This document shows, in pieces, positions 1 to 8,977 of a stretch of 38,306 nucleotides of DNA (the first letter of the stretch is position 1; every line of letters starts with the position of its first letter). Below the pieces are notes generated by a model. The model searched no databases and was not told the origin of the DNA. It saw nothing but the letters and a program-made list of their open reading frames with translations. The position numbers were made by a program, and so were the translations under genes. Location: the NCBI GenBank assembly GCA_036649855.1, contig JAVWAV010000006.1:1-38306 (forward strand), given 5' to 3'. This stretch comes from Bacilli bacterium (GTDB taxonomy: Bacteria; Bacillota_I; Bacilli_A; RFN20; CAG-826).

Positions 1-2
1 TT

Positions 3-797
3 GTAAATGTTAGATCTGGCAAAAACTTTAATCATTATTCATATACTGTAGGGAAAAATGAATCAGTGCATTTCATATTATTTCCAACAATTGATGATGA
101 AACTGATAAGCTTTTATCATCTGAACGTAGACCTACAATTTTGTCTTTAAATCTTGAAGATGGAACAAAATTGTTAGATGAAGAATTATTTAAATTTTCA
201 TGTGACACATTTTTTACTTCACTTACCTGTTTAAAATCTTTTGAGGGAAAACTTAAAATATCTGAGATTGTTTATGATTGGGATAGTGTTATTCTTACGT
301 GTCCAACCGATATTTCACTTACATTTGATAACGGATATGCATTAAAGCCATCATTTCCAGTTGGCTATAAGAAACCATTTGATATATACAACAATCATAG
401 AACCTTTAACAAAGGCGAATCAGCGATATTTTTTGATTCAAAAGGATACATTTATGTCTTTTTTGGACCATTTCATTTAAATGTTAAACGCGGTGAAAGT
501 TATTTTATTAATGGAGTTTCATCTAACAATTCTATTTTTACGATATCAAATATTGGGCATTCAAATTTTGAAGAAGCAAATCAAAGGCCGGATTATGATA
601 CATTAGAATATTTTCCGTTTGATCATCCGATTAATGTTCCTGATTTTTTAAATGGTGTTTTTATAAAATTTAAAATAAATCCTTTATATGATGAGTGCCG
701 CTTAATAGGTTCTGATGTTTATTTTGACATCACAATTAACGGTGATAACTATAATGTTCCGCTTCATATCGCAAGCGACCATAGTTCATGGCATTAA
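3..797 (+). CDS. Hypothetical protein, C-terminal part (5'-truncated by the window edge); beta-strand- and aromatic-rich
   Basis: The frame of ORF 66..797 is open back to base 3 (VNVRSGKNFNHYSYTVGKNESVHF...), so the true start is probably upstream. No recognisable motif. Co-oriented with the downstream transporter cluster. Confidence 0.65.
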   Translation, partial: VNVRSGKNFNHYSYTVGKNESVHFILFPTIDDETDKLLSSERRPTILSLNLEDGTKLLDEELFKFSCDTFFTSLTCLKSFEGKLKISEIVYDWDSVILTCPTDISLTFDNGYALKPSFPVGYKKPFDIYNNHRTFNKGESAIFFDSKGYIYVFFGPFHLNVKRGESYFINGVSSNNSIFTISNIGHSNFEEANQRPDYDTLEYFPFDHPINVPDFLNGVFIKFKINPLYDECRLIGSDVYFDITINGDNYNVPLHIASDHSSWH

Positions 798-856
798 TCA
801 ATCAAAGCATTATATTTATTCACAAAATTTCGTTTGTTGTAAAGGAGAACTAACTC

Positions 857-1687
857 ATGATTAAATTATTCAAATCTAAAACTTTATATTTAACCTTGTT
901 AATGGCTATTAACATTTCTTTTTTAATCTCTCTTTGTGTTATAACGGTTAACAAAGAATCGAAAGTTCCAGATTTTATTGGAAGCACACAAACATTTGAA
1001 CCGACAGCAAAAAATAGATATATTGTAAATTCAAAAGATTTTACTTCATATACAAAATTTGATGCAAAAATCACTGAAAATAAGGATTTATACTCAACTA
1101 TTTCATTAGATAATACTAATGTTAAAATTGGGCAAAAAATTATGAAAAATGATAAAATTGGTTCCCTGAATGGAGAAGATGTATTAAGTTCTTATGATTC
1201 ATTATGCTTAAAAGTTTACGAAGAAAACGGAATAACAAAAATAGTTAATTATAATTACAATTGTTTTACAATTTCAATTAACTTTTCCATGTATGATTAC
1301 TATCAAAACAGCCTTGAAAAGCCAGATTCATTATTTTTGGAATTGTTTGGCTATTTTTACAAAGTTCAGTTTAACGGTTATAATTTTGACTCATTTGAAA
1401 AAGATGGAATTGTTGTCTGTAGTTTTATACCGTTTGACTGCGATAGCTTAATAAATAAAGATTCAAAGTGTTCAATTGATATAGTCAAACATAAGTATTT
1501 AAATCATAATTACTTAGCCGCATCTCTTTTTAATAATTCTATTTGCTCCAAATTATTTTTTATCTCTTCAAATAACAAGGTTATATCCATTTTTGTTGAT
1601 TGTGTTCTTATTATAGATGAATATGCATTGATTGAATGTTATAACCATCCTTTAGAAAGTGGATCATATCTTTATTTATATGAATAG
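857..1687 (+). CDS. Membrane-anchored membrane-fusion/adaptor-like protein (HlyD/MacA-like, divergent, no alpha-hairpin)
   Basis: SD AGGAG upstream; N-terminal TM segment (LYLTLLMAINISFLISLCVITV); lipoyl-like motif VKIGQKIMKNDKIGSLNGEDVLSSYDS; C-terminus ALIECYNHPLESGSYL resembles an MFP membrane-proximal end; directly upstream of an ABC ATPase. Confidence 0.55.
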   Translation: MIKLFKSKTLYLTLLMAINISFLISLCVITVNKESKVPDFIGSTQTFEPTAKNRYIVNSKDFTSYTKFDAKITENKDLYSTISLDNTNVKIGQKIMKNDKIGSLNGEDVLSSYDSLCLKVYEENGITKIVNYNYNCFTISINFSMYDYYQNSLEKPDSLFLELFGYFYKVQFNGYNFDSFEKDGIVVCSFIPFDCDSLINKDSKCSIDIVKHKYLNHNYLAASLFNNSICSKLFFISSNNKVISIFVDCVLIIDEYALIECYNHPLESGSYLYLYE

Positions 1688-2339
1688 TCTAGAATACTCC
1701 GTAGAAAATATTACAAAAAAATTCGGCAATAGAGTTATTTTAAACAATTTGAATTATACTTTTGCAGGAAATTATGTTTATGCAATTTTAGGTGAATCTG
1801 GTTGTGGAAAAACTACATTGCTAAATATTTTGGGATTTTTAGACAATAAATTTGAGGGTAAACTCAGAATAAACGGGAGTGAAATAATTGCTAAAAATGA
1901 TAATTACGATTTTAGAAGAAATGCAATAGGCTTTGTTTTTCAATCGTATTACCTTTTAAATTATTTAAATGTTGAAGAAAACATTAAAATGCCATTAGAA
2001 TATTCAAAAAAAAGCATAGGAAATGACCATTTTAATTTTTTGATTAATGAACTCAATTTAGAAACTTTACTTAATGAAAATGTAAGCTATTTAAGTGGAG
2101 GAGAAAAACAAAGAGTATCAATTGCTAGAGCATTAATAAATAAACCTTGTATTATAATATGTGATGAACCAACTGGTAATCTAGATAAAAATAATGGAAA
2201 TAACGTTATAAATATGTTAAAAAAATTTATCGCTAAAGATAAAATCATTATTATAGTAACTCACGATCAAGATGTTGCTAAACAATGTGATTGTGTTTTG
2301 AAATTGAAAAACGGAGGACTTTATGAAGAAAAAATTTAG
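1680..2339 (+). CDS. ABC transporter ATP-binding protein, LolD/MacB type
   Basis: Walker A GESGCGKT, Q-loop GFVFQ, signature LSGGEKQR, Walker B IIICDEPTGNLD, H-loop VTHD. ATG at 1680 preferred over GTG at 1659. Confidence 0.95.
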   Translation: MNSLEYSVENITKKFGNRVILNNLNYTFAGNYVYAILGESGCGKTTLLNILGFLDNKFEGKLRINGSEIIAKNDNYDFRRNAIGFVFQSYYLLNYLNVEENIKMPLEYSKKSIGNDHFNFLINELNLETLLNENVSYLSGGEKQRVSIARALINKPCIIICDEPTGNLDKNNGNNVINMLKKFIAKDKIIIIVTHDQDVAKQCDCVLKLKNGGLYEEKI

Positions 2340-3468
2340 TAAATTTAAAAATGAGTTTAATTTTAATAAAATGAATTTATTTTTAATTTTATTGTCTCTT
2401 TTTATTTCTTTGTTTACTTCTTTTTCTTTAAGTAATAATAAGCTGCAAACTAAAATTAAAAATCTTAATTATGCAGATTTTCCAGTTAATTTTTCTGTTT
2501 ATAACATGCTTCAACAAGATGAATACAGCAATTTTTTAGAGAATAATTTTACTGGCTTACCTTATGAATTGTTTTATATAAATATTGAAGAGTATGTCAA
2601 AACGAATATCGTTTGTAAAGATTTACATATTCAAATTATCGGAGCAAGAACGGAATTTCAAAAATTTCCAATTCCTAGTGCTTATTCTAATTCGATTTTT
2701 ATGACAAGTATTCAAGAAGGAAAATCTTTTGATGATATAGATATGATGAATAAGAATAATTCGATTATTGCATATTCATCACATTTGCAAAAGATTGGAT
2801 ATAAAAAAGATATGAAAATAGTTATTAATGGCATTCAATTTGTTCTAAAAGGCGTATTAGCTGATAGTTCAGATGTTAAAAGAAATATTGATAAAAATAC
2901 AATTCAACTTTTCATACCTTACACCACACTTTTAAATATGTTTTCTTATTCATATGTTAAAACTTCAATATATACAAAAGATTATGATTTTCCACAATTA
3001 AAAGACGATAATAAATTTTTATCGTATTATAAAACTTTGGATACCTATAAAAAAACAAACGAAGATATTAATAAAACTTCATACATAACCATTTTAAGTA
3101 TCTTTGTTATATCTTTTATTGCAACAATAATAGTACAACTTATTTTAATGAAAAATAAATATAGCGAAATTGGAATTCGAAGAGCAGTAGGAGCGAGTAG
3201 GGATGATATAACTTATATGTTTACAAAGAAATCAATGATAATGATCATTACTGGTGTTTTAATAGGACTGGTTTCATTCTTTTTGATATATTCTGTGATG
3301 TGTGTTGTTTATAGCAATCAGTATTTTACTAATATGTTTATTTTTGATATAAAATCAGTGTTTTTATTTTCTGCCATTTATTTGATTCTTAGTTATGTAA
3401 GTGTTTTATTCCCATCGATTATTGGTTCAAATATTAACATTTCTTCTATTCTGTTGGAGGAAAAATAA
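2323..3468 (+). CDS. ABC transporter permease, MacB/FtsX family
   Basis: One N-terminal TM, a large extracellular domain, then three TMs; FtsX motif EIGIRRAVGASRDDI; SD GGAGG upstream. Confidence 0.9.
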   Translation: MKKKFSKFKNEFNFNKMNLFLILLSLFISLFTSFSLSNNKLQTKIKNLNYADFPVNFSVYNMLQQDEYSNFLENNFTGLPYELFYINIEEYVKTNIVCKDLHIQIIGARTEFQKFPIPSAYSNSIFMTSIQEGKSFDDIDMMNKNNSIIAYSSHLQKIGYKKDMKIVINGIQFVLKGVLADSSDVKRNIDKNTIQLFIPYTTLLNMFSYSYVKTSIYTKDYDFPQLKDDNKFLSYYKTLDTYKKTNEDINKTSYITILSIFVISFIATIIVQLILMKNKYSEIGIRRAVGASRDDITYMFTKKSMIMIITGVLIGLVSFFLIYSVMCVVYSNQYFTNMFIFDIKSVFLFSAIYLILSYVSVLFPSIIGSNINISSILLEEK

Positions 3469-3469
3469 T

Positions 3470-4255
3470 ATGAAAAAAGTTCTTTGTTATTTCACACTAC
3501 TTTTTGCCGGAGTCTATGCGGCTGCGACTTCTTTTTTGGTTATAAATACATATTCTGTTAAAGATGCTTCTGCAACTTTTGAAAATCCAATTGAGGTGGA
3601 TAGTAGATATACTCCACTTACTTATTTCATTAACAAAGATTTTGTTTATAGAGACGGCGTTTCTAATAAACGCAACTTTTATGAACCGATTAAAATGGCA
3701 TTAACAACAATCGATTTGAATTGTAATAAATTCAAAAATGGCGATATCGTTAAAAAAGGTGATATTGTAGATGGTAATCCAGCCCCATTTACTTTTAGAA
3801 TTAGAAAGATTAATTTAGATTCTACTTTAGTGGAAAATCTAGAGGATGCAACCATTATTATTAATTTCTTTAATTCATATTTTATAGATCCAAATGACTA
3901 TAATGTTAAAACAGTATTTATGGGTGTTCCGGTAAAAATGACTAGTAAAGATTTATTTTTTAATGAACAGACGAAAAGTTATAATTTAGTTCTTAAATGT
4001 GATAATTTAGATGGAAGACTTTTAAATAATGCAAAATGTACAATTACTATTACTACAATTAAGAAAATTGAAGGTTTATTTGTAAAAAGTGATTATATAT
4101 TTAATGATAATTTTGGAGATTTTGTTTATAAATTCGCCAATATCAATTTTAACGATTATTATACAAAAGTTTATGTAAATGTTCGTAATGGCTATTTCGA
4201 TTTTGTTAATGTTGAAGGTGATTTGTATGAAAAAAACATTATCCTTAGATTGTAA
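3470..4255 (+). CDS. Second membrane-fusion/adaptor-like protein (no alpha-hairpin)
   Basis: GGAGG at 3456-3460, ATG at 3470 (MKKVLCYF...); N-terminal TM or signal peptide; lipoyl halves KNGDIVKKGDIV and APFTFRI; MFP-like C-terminus GLFVKSDYIF...VYVNVRNGYFDFVNVEGDL. Confidence 0.65.
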   Translation: MKKVLCYFTLLFAGVYAAATSFLVINTYSVKDASATFENPIEVDSRYTPLTYFINKDFVYRDGVSNKRNFYEPIKMALTTIDLNCNKFKNGDIVKKGDIVDGNPAPFTFRIRKINLDSTLVENLEDATIIINFFNSYFIDPNDYNVKTVFMGVPVKMTSKDLFFNEQTKSYNLVLKCDNLDGRLLNNAKCTITITTIKKIEGLFVKSDYIFNDNFGDFVYKFANINFNDYYTKVYVNVRNGYFDFVNVEGDLYEKNIILRL

Positions 4256-5624
4256 TAGCAACATTGCTAAAATCGAATTTGATAATTTTGTAGCATATTA
4301 TAATTTAAATAATGGTAAAACAGTTAATATTCTAAATAAGTTTATAAATTATAAAAATTCTTTTTTTAAAGCAAATGATTTTTTTGAAGTTAAAAAAGAT
4401 GATTGTTTTTATCCTAAGATATTGATTTGTATTAATATTACTTCAAATTGTAATTTAAGATGCAAATATTGTTTTAATGAGAATAAAGTTAGCAAAAAAT
4501 TAGAAATTAATCAAATTAAAGACTTTATTAATTATGTTGTTGAAGTCAAAAATGAAGCAGAACGTTATTTTGTTGATATGTCTGGTTCTGGAGAACCTTT
4601 GCTTTATTTAAAAGATATATTAGAAATATCAAAATATTGTAAAGAAGTTAGTAATAAGATTGGAAAAGAATTAACAGTCATGCTTTCTACGAATGGAACC
4701 CTATTAAGTGAGGAATATACCGAATTATTACAAAAAAATAATATTTTATTTGGAGTTTCTCTAGATGGTTATAAGGAATTACATGATATTAATAGAGTCG
4801 ATATTAACAATTTAGGTACTTATGATAAAGTCGTTAATAATATTAAATTAATTAGAAATAATGAATATGTTGGTGGAGGAATGACGATTTCTAACCAAAA
4901 TACTGATATATTTAAAGCATATTTTGAAATGCTATCTCTATTTAAAACAGTTTCTATTCGTCCAGCCCGAATCTCTTATAAAGATTTTGATTTTTCTTTT
5001 ATTGAAGACGGATATTCTAAATTTGTAGACTATCTTATTTCTGAGATTAAAAATAATAATTTGCAACCTTTATTAAGCATAATTAATGGCGATGATTACT
5101 TTGGAAATATTATTTTAAAAATTATGTCAAATTCTATTTTGTCTAGAAGATGTGATGCTGGCATAGCTCGTTTTGCTCTTGGTATAGATGGAGCAATATT
5201 TCCTTGCATTCCAGCAGTAACGCATAAGGAATTGGAAATAACTAAAGCTCAAATTGAAAATAATATTAATAATATATATTTTTCTAATCCATCTGCTAAA
5301 TGTGAAAATTGTATATCGAGAAATATTTGCGGATCTGATTGTTATGTTTTGCAATATGAATTTAAAAATGAATCAGGTCTTTGTGAATTTAAAAAATATT
5401 TGTTTTTCTTAGCAATGTATTTATGTGGAACTATTGAATTAGAATATTTTGACTCATATTGCAAAATTATTAAAATTGGTGAAGAAATTATAAAAAGAAA
5501 CTATTATGATATTGATTTACGTAATACTTTTATAAAATGTAATGGCAAATATAAGTTTACTGAGTTAAAAGATCTTAAAGATCATAATTTTGATGAATAT
5601 TTAAAAGTTAAAAATTCTATCTAA
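4227..5624 (+). CDS. Radical SAM protein with SPASM domain; putative peptide/protein maturase
   Basis: CxxxCxxC (CNLRCKYC), GSGEPLL, STNGTLL, VSLDG; SPASM Cys pattern C-x17-C...CxxC-x5-C-x3-C-x13-C; ATG 4227 preceded by GAAGGTG. Confidence 0.9.
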   Translation: MKKTLSLDCNSNIAKIEFDNFVAYYNLNNGKTVNILNKFINYKNSFFKANDFFEVKKDDCFYPKILICINITSNCNLRCKYCFNENKVSKKLEINQIKDFINYVVEVKNEAERYFVDMSGSGEPLLYLKDILEISKYCKEVSNKIGKELTVMLSTNGTLLSEEYTELLQKNNILFGVSLDGYKELHDINRVDINNLGTYDKVVNNIKLIRNNEYVGGGMTISNQNTDIFKAYFEMLSLFKTVSIRPARISYKDFDFSFIEDGYSKFVDYLISEIKNNNLQPLLSIINGDDYFGNIILKIMSNSILSRRCDAGIARFALGIDGAIFPCIPAVTHKELEITKAQIENNINNIYFSNPSAKCENCISRNICGSDCYVLQYEFKNESGLCEFKKYLFFLAMYLCGTIELEYFDSYCKIIKIGEEIIKRNYYDIDLRNTFIKCNGKYKFTELKDLKDHNFDEYLKVKNSI

Positions 5625-5669
5625 ATTCTTGCGTTTTTTGTTTTTTAAAATAATATTTTATCGTTTTAT

Positions 5670-5698
5670 TTTACACTTATGCTAGAAGTAATTAGAAT
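5670..5698 (+). promoter_or_regulatory. Putative sigma-A promoter of the suf operon
   Basis: TTTACA (5670-5675), 17-nt spacer, TAGAAT (5693-5698), followed by SD GAGGT and ATG 5719. Confidence 0.55.
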
Positions 5699-5718
5699 AT
5701 ACAAGATTGAGGTATTTT

Positions 5719-6549
5719 ATGAGTGAATTAATTATTAAAAATCTGTTTGTTTCTACTGATACAGGACTTGAAATATTAAAAGGAATCAGTCTATCAATTC
5801 ATGATGGCGACATGGTTGCATTGCTTGGACCAAATGGTCATGGTAAGTCTACTCTTCTTAATGCTATCATGGGTCATCCAAGATATGTAATTACAAAAGG
5901 AACCATTACTTTTGATGGCAAAGATTTGTTAAAGATGAGTGTAGACGAAAGAGCTAGAGCCGGCTTATTTTTAGGGATGCAAAATCCTTCAGAAATTCCT
6001 GGCGTAATTAACGCAGAATTTCTTAAAGCAGCACTAAATGCTAAAAGTAATTCTCGTGTTTCTTTTTATAAGTTTTATTCAATGCTAAACGCTAATTGCA
6101 AAGCACTTAATTTTTCAACTGATATGTTAAATAGATCACTTAATGATGGCTTTTCAGGTGGAGAAAAAAAGCGTAATGAAATATTACAAATGAACGTATT
6201 AGAACCATCAACTATTATGCTTGATGAAATTGATAGCGGACTTGATGTTGATGCTATTAATCTAGTCTCTACTCAAATAAATAATGCTAAGAATAAAGGC
6301 GCTACCTTTATTATTATTTCTCACTATGCAAGATTATTCGATCTTATTAAACCTAATAGAGCTATCGTCATTGTAAATGGACAAATTGCTATTGATGGTG
6401 GTAGTGAAGTAGTAAGTAGAATTGATAAAGAAGGATTTGAATGGATCGAAACCGAATTAGGAATTTCTATTAAAAAGGCATTAGAAATTAAATCTGTTTC
6501 AATTGAAACTTGCGCTGTTAAAGAAGGACTTAAAGCAAATGGAAAATAG
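5719..6549 (+). CDS. sufC: Fe-S cluster assembly ATPase SufC
   Basis: GPNGHGKST, DERARAGLFLGMQNPSEIPGV, GFSGGEKKRNEILQ, LDEIDSGLDVDA. Confidence 0.97.
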   Translation: MSELIIKNLFVSTDTGLEILKGISLSIHDGDMVALLGPNGHGKSTLLNAIMGHPRYVITKGTITFDGKDLLKMSVDERARAGLFLGMQNPSEIPGVINAEFLKAALNAKSNSRVSFYKFYSMLNANCKALNFSTDMLNRSLNDGFSGGEKKRNEILQMNVLEPSTIMLDEIDSGLDVDAINLVSTQINNAKNKGATFIIISHYARLFDLIKPNRAIVIVNGQIAIDGGSEVVSRIDKEGFEWIETELGISIKKALEIKSVSIETCAVKEGLKANGK

Positions 6550-7330
6550 TTTAAATAATTCCATTTATATTGCAGATGAAGATGATATTACTATCAACTT
6601 TAAAGAAAATAAGTTGAGTTCTGCAGTGATATTTGTAAAAGATAATATAAAAGCTAAGATAAAATTGTTTGATTTATCAATTTTAAAAACGCTTAATATT
6701 AGTATTGGTCAAAATAGCAAAATTGATTTACGTATTGTTTTAAATGATGGCGAAATTAATACTATTGTTAGAGGACTTGTTGAAAAAGATTCATGTCTTA
6801 ATGTTTCTCTTGTTGATTTTAACATCGGAAATATTAATTTCTTCTCTCATATAATACTTAATGGAGATAATTCTACTTCTGTTTGGAATTTATCATCTCT
6901 TAGTTTAAATAAAGATATTAAAAAATATAATATTTCCTTTAATCATATTGGAGAAAACACTAAATCATTAATGAATAATTATGGAGTTTGTACAGGTAAT
7001 TCTACTTTATATTTTGATGGAATTTCTCATATTGAAAAGATGGCTATTAATTCAATTGCTAATCAAAAAGCAAAAATTATTGTATTTGATGAAGGTTGTA
7101 AGGCTAAAGCTGATCCTATTTTAAAAATTGATAATAGAGAAGTACAAGCAAATCATGCTGCTGCTGTTGGTACTCTTAATGATATGCATGTATTTTATTT
7201 AATGAGTCGTGGTATTAGTGAAAAAGAAACAAGAAACTTAATTACATTAGGTTATTTAAAACCTATCTTTGTTAATTATACTGCAGAAGAAGTGCTTAGT
7301 TTAGAAGCACTATTGGAGGAAAGAATTTAG
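6539..7330 (+). CDS. sufD: Fe-S cluster assembly protein SufD (short form)
   Basis: ADPILKIDNREVQANHAAAVG and FYLMSRGI motifs; lies between sufC and sufS. Confidence 0.9.
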   Translation: MENSLNNSIYIADEDDITINFKENKLSSAVIFVKDNIKAKIKLFDLSILKTLNISIGQNSKIDLRIVLNDGEINTIVRGLVEKDSCLNVSLVDFNIGNINFFSHIILNGDNSTSVWNLSSLSLNKDIKKYNISFNHIGENTKSLMNNYGVCTGNSTLYFDGISHIEKMAINSIANQKAKIIVFDEGCKAKADPILKIDNREVQANHAAAVGTLNDMHVFYLMSRGISEKETRNLITLGYLKPIFVNYTAEEVLSLEALLEERI

Positions 7331-7332
7331 TT

Positions 7333-8565
7333 ATGTTTGATGTAAACAAAATTAGGGATGATTTTCCAATGTTTAAAACAAATAAGACCATGCAAGGCAA
7401 ACGTTTTGTCTATTTAGACAATGCTGCAACATCATTTAAGCCACAGTGTGTCCTTGATGCTATTTCTTCTTATTACACAACGTATAGTGTTAACTCTCAT
7501 CGAGGAGATTATGATGTTGCGCATTATGTTGATGCAACTATTGAAGAAGCTCGTATTGCAGTAGCACGTTTTATTAATGCTGATCCTTCAGAAGTGGTTT
7601 TTACAGCAGGAACATCGATGTCTATTAATCTTCTTGCTTATGGATATGGATTTACTCATCTTAAAAAAGAAGATGAAATATTAATTACACAAGCAGAACA
7701 TGCAAGCAATGTATTACCTTGGTTTAAAATAAGTGAATTAACTGGATGTAAGATATCTTATATTCCTTTAACAGAAGATGGTAAATTAACTCTTGAAAAC
7801 TTAGAAAAATCTATTAATGAACATACAAAATTATTATGTATTGCTCATGTTACTAATGTTTTAGGATACGTAAATGATATTAAAGCAATTACAAAGATTG
7901 CTCATAAACATAATGTGCTAGTAATGGTTGATGGAGCACAATCTGTTCCTCATATTAAAACTGATGTTAAAGATTGGGATATAGATTTTTTATCATTTAG
8001 TGGCCATAAAATGTGTGGACCTACTGGAATTGGAATTATGTATGGTAAGTTTAATTTACTTACAAAAACAGAACCATTTTTAACAGGTGGTGGCATGAAT
8101 ATTAAATTTGATATGTGTGGCGATGTTCGCTATTTAAATCCTCCAATAAAATTTGAAGCAGGTACCCAAAATATAGCAGGTATATTTGGACTAAAAGCTG
8201 CTGTTGAATATCTTGAATCTATTGGTATGGATAATATCCAAAAGTATGAAGAAGAATTAAGAATTTATGCAATTGAAAAGCTAAAAAAGAATAAAAACTT
8301 AATCATATATAACCCTGAAGCAACGGGTGGAATAATTACATTTAACTATAAAAATGTTTTTGCACAAGATGAAGCAACCTACTTAAATTCCCAAGGAATT
8401 TGTGTAAGATCTGGACAACACTGTGCAAAAATATTAATGGATTTGTTAGGATGTGATGCTACTGTTAGAGCTAGTTTTTATTTTTACAATACAAAAGAAG
8501 ATATCGATGAATTTGTTGAAGCTTTAGAAAATGGAGGTAATTATTTAGATGCCTATTTCAATTAG
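7333..8565 (+). CDS. sufS: Cysteine desulfurase SufS
   Basis: YLDNAATS, DGAQS, SGHKMCGPTGIG (PLP lysine), RSGQHCA (catalytic Cys). Confidence 0.97.
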   Translation: MFDVNKIRDDFPMFKTNKTMQGKRFVYLDNAATSFKPQCVLDAISSYYTTYSVNSHRGDYDVAHYVDATIEEARIAVARFINADPSEVVFTAGTSMSINLLAYGYGFTHLKKEDEILITQAEHASNVLPWFKISELTGCKISYIPLTEDGKLTLENLEKSINEHTKLLCIAHVTNVLGYVNDIKAITKIAHKHNVLVMVDGAQSVPHIKTDVKDWDIDFLSFSGHKMCGPTGIGIMYGKFNLLTKTEPFLTGGGMNIKFDMCGDVRYLNPPIKFEAGTQNIAGIFGLKAAVEYLESIGMDNIQKYEEELRIYAIEKLKKNKNLIIYNPEATGGIITFNYKNVFAQDEATYLNSQGICVRSGQHCAKILMDLLGCDATVRASFYFYNTKEDIDEFVEALENGGNYLDAYFN

Positions 8566-8977
8566 CCCAGAAATGATGAGGGAAATAATAATGGATCATT
8601 ACAATACTCCAAATAATAAGAAAACCCCTGCAGAACCTAAGGATTTTCAGGTTATTCACATGGATAGCACAAGCTGTATTGATGACATTTATGTCTATGT
8701 TAAACTTAAAAATGATATTATTGATGATATATGTTTTGATGGAGTAGCCTGTGCTATTGCCACTTCTTCAACAGATATTATGTGTGATTTAATGCGTGGA
8801 AAAACTAAAGCTGAAGCAAATTATATCATTACGCAATATAAAGCTATGATTCATGAAGAAAAATATGATGATAGTGTATTAGATGAAGCTTTAGTTTTTA
8901 TTAATACTTCTAAACAAGCAGCAAGAATTAAATGTGCTACTATTGGATGGAATGCATTAACGGAGTTAATAAAGTAA
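8549..8977 (+). CDS. sufU: SufU (NifU-like) sulfur-transfer protein
   Basis: [32 protein letters not shown]. Confidence 0.95.
   Translation: MPISISPEMMREIIMDHYNTPNNKKTPAEPKDFQVIHMDSTSCIDDIYVYVKLKNDIIDDICFDGVACAIATSSTDIMCDLMRGKTKAEANYIITQYKAMIHEEKYDDSVLDEALVFINTSKQAARIKCATIGWNALTELIK

Noticed and set aside
798-856. Search for a short precursor ORF in the gaps of the rSAM cluster (also 5625-5718)
   Set aside because: No SD-led small ORF is present in either gap.
5127-5354. Minus-strand ORFs inside the rSAM cluster (also 850..1074 and 4076..4264) as precursor candidates
   Set aside because: They are antisense to well-supported genes, have no clear SD and show no leader/core pattern.
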